Shown one piece after another: positions 20,449-30,883 of a stretch of 64,000 nt of DNA; within the stretch, counting starts at the first letter, position 1; each line of letters opens with the position of its first letter. The notes under the pieces are model-generated. The model did no database searches. It saw nothing but the letters and a program-made list of their open reading frames with translations, and was not told where the DNA came from. The translations under genes were made by a program, and so were the position numbers. This stretch comes from Candidatus Spyradenecus sp. (GTDB lineage: Bacteria > Verrucomicrobiota > Verrucomicrobiia > Opitutales > UBA953): contig JAZSKX010000017.1 of NCBI GenBank assembly GCA_045535075.1, positions 1 to 64,000 on the forward strand, read 5' to 3'.

Positions 20449-20482
20449 AAAAAGCGAACGCTGTCCGGCGTTCGCTTTTTTT
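20449..20482. terminator. Intrinsic terminator
   Basis: AAAAAGCGAACGC-N6-GCGTTCGCTTTTTTT. Confidence 0.85.
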
Positions 20483-20520
20483 GTCGTGAAAATTTTCCGT
20501 CTCGGTAAAAATTCCGCGTC

Positions 20521-21372
20521 ATGAATTCCCTCCTCGAACTGCTGCAAAAAAGCACGGAATTTTTGAATAAAAAAGGCATCGAAAACGCACGCCTGCAAAG
20601 CGAGCTGATTTTCGCGGGAACGTTGCGTTGCCGCCGCCTCGACTTATACCTGCAGTTCGAACGCCCGCTCACGCAAGAACAAACGGACATTCTGCGGGAA
20701 CGCATCCTGCGCCGCGCGCGACGCGAACCCGTACAATATATTGTCGGCGACACCGATTTCCGTTCACTCACGCTCAAGTGCGATCCGCGAGCGCTTGTCC
20801 CGCGTCCGGAGACGGAAGAACTTGTCGGCTACGTTCTCGACAAGCTCGAAGCGCTTCGCCCGGCGGGAACGCTCGCCAACGTTCTCGATTTAGGCACGGG
20901 AACGGGAGCAATTGCACTTTCTTTGGCGGCGGAGCGCCCGGGGACGCGAATCGTCGCCGTCGATAAATCCGCCGAAGCGCTTTCGCTCGCGAGCGAAAAT
21001 CTTGAAGCAACGGGCGTTTCTGCCGAAATCGAATTTTTGCAAAGTAACTGGTTTGAATCCATTACGGGAACGTTTGATGCGATTGTTTCCAACCCGCCCT
21101 ACCTGACTCAAGCCGAGTGGGAATGCGCACAGCCCGAAGTCCGCGACCACGAACCGCTTTCCGCGCTCGTCGCCGATAATGCCGGGCTTGCCGATCTTGA
21201 AAAAATCCTCCGCGGTGCGCGCGATCATCTCGCTCCCGGCGGCTTCGTTGCGCTTGAAACGGGAATTGCTCAACACGCAGAGCTTGCATCCGTCGCACGC
21301 TCCTGCGGCTTCGCGGCGACGGAATCCCGCAACGATCTTTCCGGGCGCCCGCGCTTTTTCTTCGCCTCCTAG
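20521..21372 (+). CDS. prmC: Release factor glutamine methyltransferase PrmC/HemK
   Basis: EPVQYIVG, LVPRPETEEL, DLGTGTGAIA and SNPPY motifs. Confidence 0.97.
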   Translation: MNSLLELLQKSTEFLNKKGIENARLQSELIFAGTLRCRRLDLYLQFERPLTQEQTDILRERILRRARREPVQYIVGDTDFRSLTLKCDPRALVPRPETEELVGYVLDKLEALRPAGTLANVLDLGTGTGAIALSLAAERPGTRIVAVDKSAEALSLASENLEATGVSAEIEFLQSNWFESITGTFDAIVSNPPYLTQAEWECAQPEVRDHEPLSALVADNAGLADLEKILRGARDHLAPGGFVALETGIAQHAELASVARSCGFAATESRNDLSGRPRFFFAS

Positions 21373-21405
21373 AAATACCTTAACCGACAAACGTTCCCGC
21401 GATTT

Positions 21406-21996
21406 ATGAAAAAAACATTACTCTTCCTCGGCGCTTCATGCGCATGGCTCTGCGGTTGTGCATCATTAACCGGACCGAATCTTGCCGGCGACCTTTCGCG
21501 GGAAGAAGCAATTCGCCTCTACAACGGAGAAATTGCGGAAAGCGCATGGCTCGAAAAGCTCGATACCGTTTCCCGCAACTTGCCGATTGCCGACACCTGC
21601 TCCGTGCAGCTCGCCGACGGATTTCTTTTTTACGAAACGCAATTGCGCGAAGGCGAAAGAATCGTCGTCAACGTCATTCCGCCGGCGGATGCGCCGGAAG
21701 CCTTAAAAGAGTTGGCAAAATCATTCCGGAGAAGTGCGCCGCCGCCCAAGCGTCTGTCCGTCTGCGGGAACGCGACCGCTCTTGACGGCAAGCCCGTTTC
21801 CGAGACGGAATTGCGTACGATGCTGGATGCAACGAAAACGTTGCCGCCGCAGGAACGCCCGAGTTGGGAAATTCTCGTTGCGCCGCAGGTACGCGCCGCC
21901 GAGCTTGCCGAATACATTTCGATGTTTGAGCAAAAGGGAATTAAACCCGAAATTATTTATCTTCAGACCGAAGACGAAACGGCAAAACCGCGCTAA
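21406..21996 (+). CDS. Hypothetical lipoprotein
   Basis: MKK signal with LCGC lipobox. Confidence 0.65.
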   Translation: MKKTLLFLGASCAWLCGCASLTGPNLAGDLSREEAIRLYNGEIAESAWLEKLDTVSRNLPIADTCSVQLADGFLFYETQLREGERIVVNVIPPADAPEALKELAKSFRRSAPPPKRLSVCGNATALDGKPVSETELRTMLDATKTLPPQERPSWEILVAPQVRAAELAEYISMFEQKGIKPEIIYLQTEDETAKPR

Positions 21997-22010
21997 GATT
22001 TCCGCGAACG

Positions 22011-23228
22011 CTATTCGCTGCGAAATATTTTTCGCCTCAGGAAAAAGAAAAACGCGAGGCAAAGACAAACAGCCGTGCTCACGCCAAGACACGGGACAAG
22101 GCCGATTTTTTCATTAAAATAGCCGAGCAAAAGCGTCCCGAACGGGAACGTTCCCGTAAAGGCCATCGTGTAGAGACTGATAACACGCCCGCGAAACCGC
22201 TCGTCGATATTGAGTTGAACTAAAGTATTGGAAGACGCTCCGACCAAAACGCTCCCGAAGCCTGCGGTAAACAACATGACGAAGAACAACGCAATCGGCG
22301 GCACGCAAGCGATAACGGCAAGCGAAGCTCCGACGATAAGATTTCCCGCAATCAGAAAAACCGGCAACAGCCGCGCCCGCTTGAGAAATGCAATCAGAAG
22401 AGCCGCGACAATTGCGCCCGCTCCGGTTACCGTCAACATCCGTCCGTAAAGTTCCGGCGTTCCCGCGTAAATTTTATCGGCAAACATCGGAAGCAAAACC
22501 GTGTAGCTGAACCCGAAAGTACTCAGCAAGGCGATACTGCAAATAACCGCGCGTAACACGGGAACGGAAAGCATGTAGCGAACGCCTTCGAGCAACGAGC
22601 ATAGCGGACCGCATTTGTGTTCTGCGGGAACGGGGCGTGCATCAAAGCGCATCGCGGCAAGCAGAAAAATCGTCGGAATCATTAAAATCGCATCCGTTGC
22701 AAAGCATGCGGCGGCTCCGGCGATTGCGTAGATTTCGCCGGCAAGCGCGGGAGCGAAGATACGAGTGAAATTAAACAGCGTGGAATTGAGCCCGATTGCC
22801 TGAGGAAGATGCGTGCGATCGTCAATAAACTTCGCGATGAGAGATTGGCGCGTCGGGATTTCGACGGCACCGACCAATCCGCGAAAGAAACAAAGCGCAA
22901 AAAGCAGAAAGATGTGTTTCCCGTCAGAAACCTGAAACGCCGTCAGCCCGACCGCCGACGCCAACGCGCCGAACTGAACCGCAATCAGCATTGTCCGACG
23001 GTTGACTCGGTCAATCATCACTCCGGCAACAGGCGTTACGACAAAATGCGAAACTTGCCCGAGGAACATCGCGACGCCGGACATTGCCGTCGACCCCGTC
23101 AACGCATAAACCAACCATCCGATTGCGGTTTGCGTCATCCACGTTCCCGTCAGCGAAATTGCGTGCCCGGAATAAAACAATCTGTAATTGCGGGAACGAA
23201 ACGGAGCTAATGCCTCGGGAATTTTCAT
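22011..23228 (-). CDS. MFS transporter
   Basis: About 12 hydrophobic segments; RNYRLF.G..ISL.GTWM and R.RGRV.S motifs; start MKIPEAL. Confidence 0.9.
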   Translation of the reverse strand: MKIPEALAPFRSRNYRLFYSGHAISLTGTWMTQTAIGWLVYALTGSTAMSGVAMFLGQVSHFVVTPVAGVMIDRVNRRTMLIAVQFGALASAVGLTAFQVSDGKHIFLLFALCFFRGLVGAVEIPTRQSLIAKFIDDRTHLPQAIGLNSTLFNFTRIFAPALAGEIYAIAGAAACFATDAILMIPTIFLLAAMRFDARPVPAEHKCGPLCSLLEGVRYMLSVPVLRAVICSIALLSTFGFSYTVLLPMFADKIYAGTPELYGRMLTVTGAGAIVAALLIAFLKRARLLPVFLIAGNLIVGASLAVIACVPPIALFFVMLFTAGFGSVLVGASSNTLVQLNIDERFRGRVISLYTMAFTGTFPFGTLLLGYFNEKIGLVPCLGVSTAVCLCLAFFFFLRRKIFRSE

Positions 23229-23463
23229 TGCTGGCTTGCGTTTTACGCCCGTTTTCTTCGGAAAGCGAGAATGTTTTAAGCGCGCTCCCGCGACATATTT
23301 TCTCTCGCGGCCCCTGCAAAGACTCATCGAAAACGAAGTCTTCGCGCGTGTCCCTAATACGTCCCGAATTTACGCGGGAACGAGAGAAGGCAGAGACAAA
23401 AAGCACATTTAAGCGGAATTCGCTCTTTAAGCTTTAAGCGTTAAGCTCTAAACTTTCGCCTTA

Positions 23464-24177
23464 ATGAAATTTTCCTTTTCCCGCATTCTTTTCTTTTTGA
23501 GTATTTTATCCGTTCCCGTAGCTTCACTTGCCGCGCCTTCCGGGCACCTCGGCAACGTCGACCCGAACTACGACGTTGAGCAAACTATAAGAAAAGGACG
23601 CGACGCGCGCCGTGCCGACGCGCAGTCGAAATTCGACAACGACCCGCGGGAAAGCACCTTGCGGCTCACGGTTGCACCGTCGTTGCTTTTCGGCATGCAC
23701 AGCGACCTTTCCGACGGAGACGGCTGGGGCTTAAATGCCTCGGTGCTTGTCCAAGCCAATTCCGACACACCGGACTTTAAATTTCTAATCGGCGGCGAAA
23801 TGCTTGCGCTCACGGCGGAAAGCGATTCCGGCGGGAACGACATCAGCATGGATACAATAAATCTCATGCTCTCACTCGGCTTTGCTTATGATTTTTCCCC
23901 GCACTTTGCGATGGGCGCACTTTGGGGCTACGGCTTAGTCGGCTTTACTTATATTGAAGAAAATTTTGCAAACGGTAGCGCCGAAGAAAGCGGAACCATG
24001 AGCACGGTTCTTTCGTTCAAACCTTATGTCGAATTCATGATGAATAAGAACTTCAGCGTCTACGCCGCCTATCGCTTCGTCTACATCGGCTCGTCATTTA
24101 TTTCGACGGCTGCCGATTGGGGCGACCTTGAAACGGCAACGCACGCTGTCGAATTCGGGTGTTGCTACCGTTTCTAA
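23464..24177 (+). CDS. Outer-membrane beta-barrel protein
   Basis: Signal peptide, alternating beta strands, C-terminal YRF. Confidence 0.7.
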   Translation: MKFSFSRILFFLSILSVPVASLAAPSGHLGNVDPNYDVEQTIRKGRDARRADAQSKFDNDPRESTLRLTVAPSLLFGMHSDLSDGDGWGLNASVLVQANSDTPDFKFLIGGEMLALTAESDSGGNDISMDTINLMLSLGFAYDFSPHFAMGALWGYGLVGFTYIEENFANGSAEESGTMSTVLSFKPYVEFMMNKNFSVYAAYRFVYIGSSFISTAADWGDLETATHAVEFGCCYRF

Positions 24178-24309
24178 AGCGCGTTCCCGAAAAGCCTTTC
24201 CGCAGAAATTTTAAATTGTCGCGGGAAGGTTTTTTATTTTTAATGCTTTGATAAAAACTAACGGTGTCCGACTAACCGGATGCTTTCCCCACTAATCCCC
24301 ACTCCATTT

Positions 24310-27300
24310 ATGCACAAAAAATCACGCACGTTTTCCATGGCGAGTGCCGCGTTGCTTGCGATTCTTGTCGCTCTCGGTTCTGTTGCCGCCACCCCGGAAA
24401 CTTTCGCCCAGCAAAAGCAGCTCACGATGCAGCAGCGCTTCGAAGACGGGATCGCCAAAATCGAAAAACAGGAATATCAAAAAGGCATCGAAGTCCTCGA
24501 AAAACTCAAAGTCGATCGTGGAGACCGCCTCAACGAAAACCAAAAAGCAACTATTGATTTTTGGAGAGCAACCGCCTACTACAACATGGAAAAGTGGGGC
24601 GAAACGGAAACGATTTTGCGCGACTTCCTGGTGCTCTATCCTCAAGACAAGCGGATGCCCCAGACGCAGATTTCTCTCGCCGACGTTTACATGCGCCAAT
24701 CCAAATGGCAGGAAGCCCAAGACCAACTTGCGAAAGTCAGCAAGCTCGCTTCCCTGAGCCAAGCGGAAAAAATGAAGTTGGAAATGGTTCGTGCCGATGT
24801 CATTCAAAAGAAAGCCGAAGCAACGGGAGATCCGGAAGCCGTTAAGAAAGGGCTCGCGACAGCGGAACAGCTTCTCAAAACGATTATCTCCGGCGTCGGA
24901 AACACCCCGGAAGCCATCGATGCGAAATTGCGCTTGGTTCAAGTTTACCTCAAACAAAAAAAGCGCAATGAAGCGGAAGCGCTGAAGGCGGAAATCGACA
25001 GTTCCGGGTCCAAGGATCCTGCGAGCATCATCCGCTCCAACATGCAGGGACTGAGCCTCGGGGATAATTATTTCCAGCAGGCGCTCGATTTGGAAGGAGC
25101 GGAAGAAGAACAGGCGCGGGAACTATTTCGCGATGCGCTCTCACGCTACCAGCGCGTGCTGCGCAAAAGCGCGCTCGTTGAATACTTCGCTCCCGCAATT
25201 GACGCTGCCCGCAAAAAGCTCGAAGACGTAAAAGCAAAGATTGCCGAAACCACGGAAGAGCCGAACGACGCCCAAGCAGCGGAAATCGAAAAATTACAGG
25301 ATGCGCTCGACGAGCTCGAAGGTTTTAAAAGCGATTTCGTCGACAACAAAGATTATGACGCCCTGATTTCGTTCCGTATCGGAGCCTGTCTTTTCTCGCT
25401 CAAGCGCCCGTGGGAAGCCTATGTCGCGTTCGGGGATGTCGTAAACAACCACAAGGAATTTGCGCAAATCACGATTTCGACTTACTACTACATTCTCTGC
25501 CTCCGCCAACTCGGACGCACGGAGGAAGCCCAAAACGCGTGTAAGGCGTTTATTGAGAAACACCCGAAGGCGGAAGAAATCGGCGAAGTCGCCCTCATGC
25601 TCGGACAGATTTCTTTCGAGCAAGGCGATTACATCGGCGCTATTGAAAATTTTGACTGGGCAAAGAAAAACGTCCCGACGCTTGAAATCGGAACCAAATG
25701 CGAGCTCGACTGGTACACGATTACGGCATGGTTCGCCCGTTGCCCGTGGGGACTTGGCGTAAAGGCGGAAGACATCGCGGGAATGGGGAAGCCCGGCTAT
25801 GTTCCGAAACTCACGCAAGCCACCCAAGACACCATTCAGCTAATCGACAAGTTTATCGCCGATTACGGAAAGAACAAAAGCTTCGCGGGAGCGGTCGAAG
25901 AAATGCAATACCGCAAGGGCTTGCTCTACTTTTATAGCGGCTTCTACCGGGAAACCGTCGATGCGATGGAAACTTACCTCAAAGACCATCCGAACGGGCG
26001 CTTCACTCCCGACGCGCGCTACCGCATGGCAATCACTAAATTCGGCGCTCGTTACAAAGACAAAAACAAAGACATGGAAAACCTTGAACAAGTCTTTGTC
26101 GATTGCCGCGATTGGCTGAAAGATTACTTCCAAAACACGGATGCCGATATTCTTAACGAACAGCGCATCGCGCCGCTTCGCGAAGACCTCGCATTCTCGA
26201 AGAGAGACATCGAAGAAGTTCGGGAAAACCTCATCTACCAGCGCCCGGAAATTTATACGCTCATGGGCGACGCCTATAAGCGCATTGCCGAAAGTATCAA
26301 ACCCGGAAAAAGACAGCGCAAACTCAGCGAAGCTGATGCCGCCCGCAAGGCAAACGCCAGCAACAACATGATTCGCGCTTACATCATTGCGGCGAAAACC
26401 TCCGGCAACAACGAAACGACCTTGGACTTCTCCCTCGGAGAAATCGACAAGCACCTCCCGCAACGCGGAGAATGGGAACGCCTGCTCGATGTTTATAACA
26501 CGCTTTACGACCGCAATCCGGATGCGCCGCAGGCACTTATGTATCTGAATAAAAAAATTCAGTATACGGAACGAGCCGCCCGCGCAAAAGGCGAAGCCGA
26601 ATATCAACAGGCGAAGCAGGAATCCAAAAAAATCCTCGCAGGCGCGATTCTGAAAAACTTCAACGATCCCGCGCAGGACAACGTCGAAGAACTGATTAAT
26701 CAACTTGCGCAAACACTCGCTTACGAAACCAAGCGCAAGAAAAAGACGATTATCACGACTGACGAAACCGGCGTTCCCGTCAAAACAACAGTCCCCAACG
26801 ACTACACGCCGGCAAAGGCCGCCGACGAAATGCTCGCCTTGCTCGAACTCGACAACGCACACACGACACCGGACAAAAAACCGACGCTTATCGGGCTCGC
26901 CCGCGGGACCTATGCACGGGCAACCATCTACGAATACCTCCGCAACAACGAGGAATGTGCACGTTATCTGCAAAACATCGCCACAACCTACAAGCCGGAT
27001 GAACTCAGCCCGACAATCCTCGGGAAAGTCGGGGAATTCCTCGAATTCAAAGGCGATGACGCCGCCGCCGAACCGTTCTATCGCTACCTGATGGACAACT
27101 ATCGCAGCTCCAGCTACGCAGACTACGGGTTCGCCGGCTACGGGAACATTCTTCTCCGTCAGAAAAACTACCGCAAAGCCTACGAAGTCTTCAACGACGC
27201 CATCGAAAATCAGGTTGCCTACATGAAGGAATTCGACCTTCGCCTCGGACGCGTTAAAGCGCTCATTAACATGCCGCAGGACGATTTGACGCAGCTTGAA

Positions 27301-27720
27301 ATTTCCGATCCGCTCGGGAAAGCCTATTCGGATCTTAATCTCATCGCTGCTGTAAAAGAATGGAAACCGTTTGGCGGGAACGCCGCAGCCCTCTTCTATA
27401 AAGGACAAATTGAAGAGCGCCGCAACAAGCCGAGCGAAGCCGTCACGAACTATCGTCTTTGCTATCTGACGCAAAAACGCCACGTCGAATATGCGGCTCC
27501 CGCGATGCTCCGCGCCGGCATTCTTTTTGAAGAAAAACTCGGGCAGCCGGACGCAGCAGCTCAGATTTATTACGAAATGACAATGCCGAAGAGCCGTTAC
27601 AAAGATACGCCTGCCGGCAAGGAAGCCGCTCGCCGAGCACTGAAGCTTCCCTACACGCCGCCGGCGGAACCGACTCCCGCCGCTCCCGCAACGGCGACGC
27701 AACAACCCGCAGCCAAGTAA
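24310..27720 (+). CDS. Large exported TPR-repeat protein
   Basis: Signal peptide and many helical repeats ending in YP/HP (e.g. FLVLYPQD, FIEKHPKA, YLKDHPNG). Confidence 0.85.
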   Translation: MHKKSRTFSMASAALLAILVALGSVAATPETFAQQKQLTMQQRFEDGIAKIEKQEYQKGIEVLEKLKVDRGDRLNENQKATIDFWRATAYYNMEKWGETETILRDFLVLYPQDKRMPQTQISLADVYMRQSKWQEAQDQLAKVSKLASLSQAEKMKLEMVRADVIQKKAEATGDPEAVKKGLATAEQLLKTIISGVGNTPEAIDAKLRLVQVYLKQKKRNEAEALKAEIDSSGSKDPASIIRSNMQGLSLGDNYFQQALDLEGAEEEQARELFRDALSRYQRVLRKSALVEYFAPAIDAARKKLEDVKAKIAETTEEPNDAQAAEIEKLQDALDELEGFKSDFVDNKDYDALISFRIGACLFSLKRPWEAYVAFGDVVNNHKEFAQITISTYYYILCLRQLGRTEEAQNACKAFIEKHPKAEEIGEVALMLGQISFEQGDYIGAIENFDWAKKNVPTLEIGTKCELDWYTITAWFARCPWGLGVKAEDIAGMGKPGYVPKLTQATQDTIQLIDKFIADYGKNKSFAGAVEEMQYRKGLLYFYSGFYRETVDAMETYLKDHPNGRFTPDARYRMAITKFGARYKDKNKDMENLEQVFVDCRDWLKDYFQNTDADILNEQRIAPLREDLAFSKRDIEEVRENLIYQRPEIYTLMGDAYKRIAESIKPGKRQRKLSEADAARKANASNNMIRAYIIAAKTSGNNETTLDFSLGEIDKHLPQRGEWERLLDVYNTLYDRNPDAPQALMYLNKKIQYTERAARAKGEAEYQQAKQESKKILAGAILKNFNDPAQDNVEELINQLAQTLAYETKRKKKTIITTDETGVPVKTTVPNDYTPAKAADEMLALLELDNAHTTPDKKPTLIGLARGTYARATIYEYLRNNEECARYLQNIATTYKPDELSPTILGKVGEFLEFKGDDAAAEPFYRYLMDNYRSSSYADYGFAGYGNILLRQKNYRKAYEVFNDAIENQVAYMKEFDLRLGRVKALINMPQDDLTQLEISDPLGKAYSDLNLIAAVKEWKPFGGNAAALFYKGQIEERRNKPSEAVTNYRLCYLTQKRHVEYAAPAMLRAGILFEEKLGQPDAAAQIYYEMTMPKSRYKDTPAGKEAARRALKLPYTPPAEPTPAAPATATQQPAAK

Positions 27721-27735
27721 ACAAAGGATTCTGTC

Positions 27736-28905
27736 ATGAAAAAAATCTTTCAATTCTTAGCCATCGCGGTTTTTGCCGCAACGCTCGCAGTTCCCGCCGT
27801 TGCCGATGATGCCGGCGCTCCCGCAGAGAAAAAAGAAAAAAAGCCTGCGAAGAAAAAAAAGGAACAAACTCCGAGCGCTTATTTTGAATTCCCGGGAAAA
27901 GTTACCTGGAAAGTCAATTATCCGCGTTTTCTTTTCCCGCCGGAAGAACAGAAAAAAGCCACCCGCTTCAAGGGCAACGCAAACGTCATCGAAGAACGCG
28001 GCGGCTACTACGTGGAGCAAAAGGAAGTTAAAGGCGGTGTAGAAGTCAATCGCTCGTTCCCGCTCTCACAGGTTCAGCGCATTTTATGGCCGGAGCAGGA
28101 TCCGCGCCTTGCGGAAGCCCAAGCAGAACTGGTACGCGGAAATCCGTCCGTTGCTCTTGAAATCGCAGAACGCTTTTTGATGTTCTTTAAGCCGATTAAA
28201 ACCGTGGAAGGCTCTCCGTGGATTCACGCCGCCGTAATCAAACTCGACGCCCTCGACCAACAGGCGAACGATACGATTTTGGACTCTTTCATTCGTGAAA
28301 TCGAAGCCACGCCCGGCTACCGCTCCATCGAAGAGCTCCCGCAAAAAATTGAGCTCGCCCGCCTGAATCAGTTAATCCGTCGCGGGGAAAACGCCAGCGT
28401 TCTCGCAAAATCGGACGAACTCATGAAGGGGCAAAACAACACGGAAATGCTCGCCCGGCTTCACATCATCAAAGGCAACGCCCTTTACAATCTTGCCCGC
28501 TACGAAGATGCACTCAACGTTTACTTGCGCATCCCCGTCTTCTACGGGAACGAAGCTACGTTCATGCCGCCGGCAAAACTCGCAATCGCACGCTGCCTCC
28601 GCCGCATGGACAGACCGGAACTGAAGGCAATGAACCTCGCCGGTTACGCCGAAGAATATCTCGTTGAAGTCATTAACGAATACCCGATGGCGCTTGAAGC
28701 CAAAACCGCATTCAACGAACTCCCGAAGCACAAACGCGATGCGCTCGAAGCCGCGGGAACACTCGAAGAACGCGCGGCACAGCGCGCGGACGTTACCTCG
28801 CAAATCGAAATCGAACAAAACGACGAAGAGCCCGGCGGAAGCGGCTCCGACGATGATTATTACACGGACGATTCGACGACCGTCGACGACTCCGACGACG
28901 AATAA
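27736..28905 (+). CDS. Exported TPR-like protein
   Basis: Signal peptide; AL..YLRIPVFYG helical repeat; acidic tail. Confidence 0.75.
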   Translation: MKKIFQFLAIAVFAATLAVPAVADDAGAPAEKKEKKPAKKKKEQTPSAYFEFPGKVTWKVNYPRFLFPPEEQKKATRFKGNANVIEERGGYYVEQKEVKGGVEVNRSFPLSQVQRILWPEQDPRLAEAQAELVRGNPSVALEIAERFLMFFKPIKTVEGSPWIHAAVIKLDALDQQANDTILDSFIREIEATPGYRSIEELPQKIELARLNQLIRRGENASVLAKSDELMKGQNNTEMLARLHIIKGNALYNLARYEDALNVYLRIPVFYGNEATFMPPAKLAIARCLRRMDRPELKAMNLAGYAEEYLVEVINEYPMALEAKTAFNELPKHKRDALEAAGTLEERAAQRADVTSQIEIEQNDEEPGGSGSDDDYYTDDSTTVDDSDDE

Positions 28906-28953
28906 CCAACAAAAAACTTTAGTTAAATACAGAAACCTTATTTAATTAGCCTT

Positions 28954-29826
28954 ATGAAACACAAATTACTCAAGCTTACCCAAACACTCTTGCCGCTGGT
29001 TGTCGTTCTCGCAATCGTGGCTCCCGTCATGGTCTTCGCACAAGAAGCCGCTGCCGACGCCGCCGATGTCGCGGCAGAAGGCGAACGCACCGAAACATTT
29101 CTCGACACGCTTAAGCAAGGCGGTTGGGTTATGTGGCCGCTTCTCTTCTGCTCCATCGCACTCGTTTGGCTTACGGTCGACGGATTCATGCGCTCCATGA
29201 TCAAACGCGTGTTCCCGCCGGAACACGTCTCGCAGATCCGAAGCCTCTTCCAAGCCGGCGATTATCGCGGCGTTTATGAATTCTGCAAAAACAATCCGTC
29301 CACACTCTCGGACGTCGTTCGTATGGGTGTCGCCTTCCTCCCCGACGGGAAGAACATGACGGAAGAAGCGATTTTCTCGGAAATTTCCCGCGTTAAAGCA
29401 GGCTTCGACGCACGAATTTCCTATCTCTCCGTTATTGGGGTCTGCGCGCCGATGGTCGGTCTGCTCGGAACCGTTACGGGGATGAAAGGCGCGTTCGGTG
29501 CTCTCGGGAAAGAAGGCGCAGGCGGAGGAGGCGCAGGCGAACTCGCTGCTCACATCGGGGAAGTTCTCGTCGCAACCGCATCCGGTCTCGCCGTATCCAT
29601 TCCCGCGTTCTTCTTCTTCTACCTGCTCCGCAACCGCATTACGACCGTGCTCCACGACCTCCAAGAAGTCGTTACCGGGCTCTTCCGTAAAATGCCGTAC
29701 GATCAGTTCCTCGACCGTCAAGTCGGCGACGAAGAAATTTACGCCAGCTCGCCGGTTTGGGATGTCGCTCCCGTAGCTGCCGCCCCCGAAGCGGAAGTTC
29801 CCGCTGAAGAAGAACAGCAGGCATAA
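28954..29826 (+). CDS. exbB: MotA/TolQ/ExbB proton channel protein
   Basis: GGWVMWPL, APMVGLLGTVTGM and LVATASGL.V.IPA motifs. Confidence 0.9.
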   Translation: MKHKLLKLTQTLLPLVVVLAIVAPVMVFAQEAAADAADVAAEGERTETFLDTLKQGGWVMWPLLFCSIALVWLTVDGFMRSMIKRVFPPEHVSQIRSLFQAGDYRGVYEFCKNNPSTLSDVVRMGVAFLPDGKNMTEEAIFSEISRVKAGFDARISYLSVIGVCAPMVGLLGTVTGMKGAFGALGKEGAGGGGAGELAAHIGEVLVATASGLAVSIPAFFFFYLLRNRITTVLHDLQEVVTGLFRKMPYDQFLDRQVGDEEIYASSPVWDVAPVAAAPEAEVPAEEEQQA

Positions 29827-29871
29827 TTTTATTCCCGCCAACGTTTTTAACCTTCCACACAAGGACAACTC

Positions 29872-30339
29872 ATGGCAAGCAGCGGAGGAGGAAACGGGGA
29901 ACCGGAATTCCAGATCGCGCCGATGCTCGACGTGCTCTTCGTCTTGCTCATCTTCTTCATGAGCATTTCGACGTCGCAGATGCTGAAAATCGACAGCAGC
30001 ATCAATCTGCCCGTCGCCGCCAACGGAGAACAGCCGGACCCGAAGACAAAGGCAAAAGCCGTGCTGTTCAACGTCGGTTGGGACAAGACCCTGGGCGCTC
30101 CCGTCGTAAAAATTGACGATAAACCCGTCAACATCGGAGACGAACAGGGTCGCGAAGCGGCAATCGAAGAAATCATCGCCCGCGCCAGCAACAGCAATAA
30201 AGAAATCGACCCCGAAATACGCTTCCTGATTCGTGCGGACAAACAGGTTACGGCAAAATACATCAGCCAAATCCTGGAACTCGCCGCCGAAGCCGGAATG
30301 GATAACATCGCATTCACGGGGATGAACAAGGAAGACTAA
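29872..30339 (+). CDS. exbD: ExbD/TolR family protein
   Basis: IAPMLDVLFVLLIFFM and IRADK motifs. Confidence 0.9.
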   Translation: MASSGGGNGEPEFQIAPMLDVLFVLLIFFMSISTSQMLKIDSSINLPVAANGEQPDPKTKAKAVLFNVGWDKTLGAPVVKIDDKPVNIGDEQGREAAIEEIIARASNSNKEIDPEIRFLIRADKQVTAKYISQILELAAEAGMDNIAFTGMNKED

Positions 30340-30342
30340 CCC

Positions 30343-30801
30343 ATGAAAAGAGTACCAGCAGAAGAAGCGCCCAATCTCGGCTTCCAAATCGCGCCGATGC
30401 TTGACGTCGTGTTCGTTATTCTCCTTTACTTCATGGTTTTGGCGGGAACGGTCAAGATCGAATTTGAAATCAAGACCACTCTTCCCGGAAGCGTCGAATC
30501 ATCGTCAAGCGCTTCCGCCGACGAGCCGCCGGAAGAAGTTACCATCGGTATCAACGAAGAAGGCGAAGTATCGCTCAACGAAGATCCGATCGGAATGCCT
30601 AACGACACGCACCTCAACGAACTCTACATTCAGATGCGCCAACTCGCCGATGCCGCAAGTCAGGCAAGTCAGAAGATCATCGTTACCGTCGCAGCCGAAG
30701 AAACCGTTAAATACGATCGCATCATGAACGTCCTGGACGTTCTTGCAAAAGCGAAAGTCTCCAACGTCACCTTCAGCGCCACCGGCGGCGAAGATTACTA
30801 A
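30343..30801 (+). CDS. exbD: ExbD/TolR family protein (second copy)
   Basis: IAPMLDVVFVILLYFMV motif. Confidence 0.9.
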   Translation: MKRVPAEEAPNLGFQIAPMLDVVFVILLYFMVLAGTVKIEFEIKTTLPGSVESSSSASADEPPEEVTIGINEEGEVSLNEDPIGMPNDTHLNELYIQMRQLADAASQASQKIIVTVAAEETVKYDRIMNVLDVLAKAKVSNVTFSATGGEDY

Positions 30802-30809
30802 AACCAATG

Positions 30810-30844
30810 AAAAAGGGCGGACAAACAAACGTCCGCCTTTTTTT
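30810..30844. terminator. Intrinsic terminator
   Basis: AAAAAGGGCGGAC-N8-GTCCGCCTTTTTT. Confidence 0.8.
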
Positions 30845-30883
30845 ATGCCTGCCGTTCCCGCGCCGAGCGAAACCGGATTTCCG

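Noticed and set aside
25840..30387. Long antisense ORFs (637 aa and 473 aa), and similar ones opposite ruvB, atpD and atpG
   Set aside because: They are shadows of well-supported genes on the other strand in GC-rich DNA and carry no recognisable motifs.
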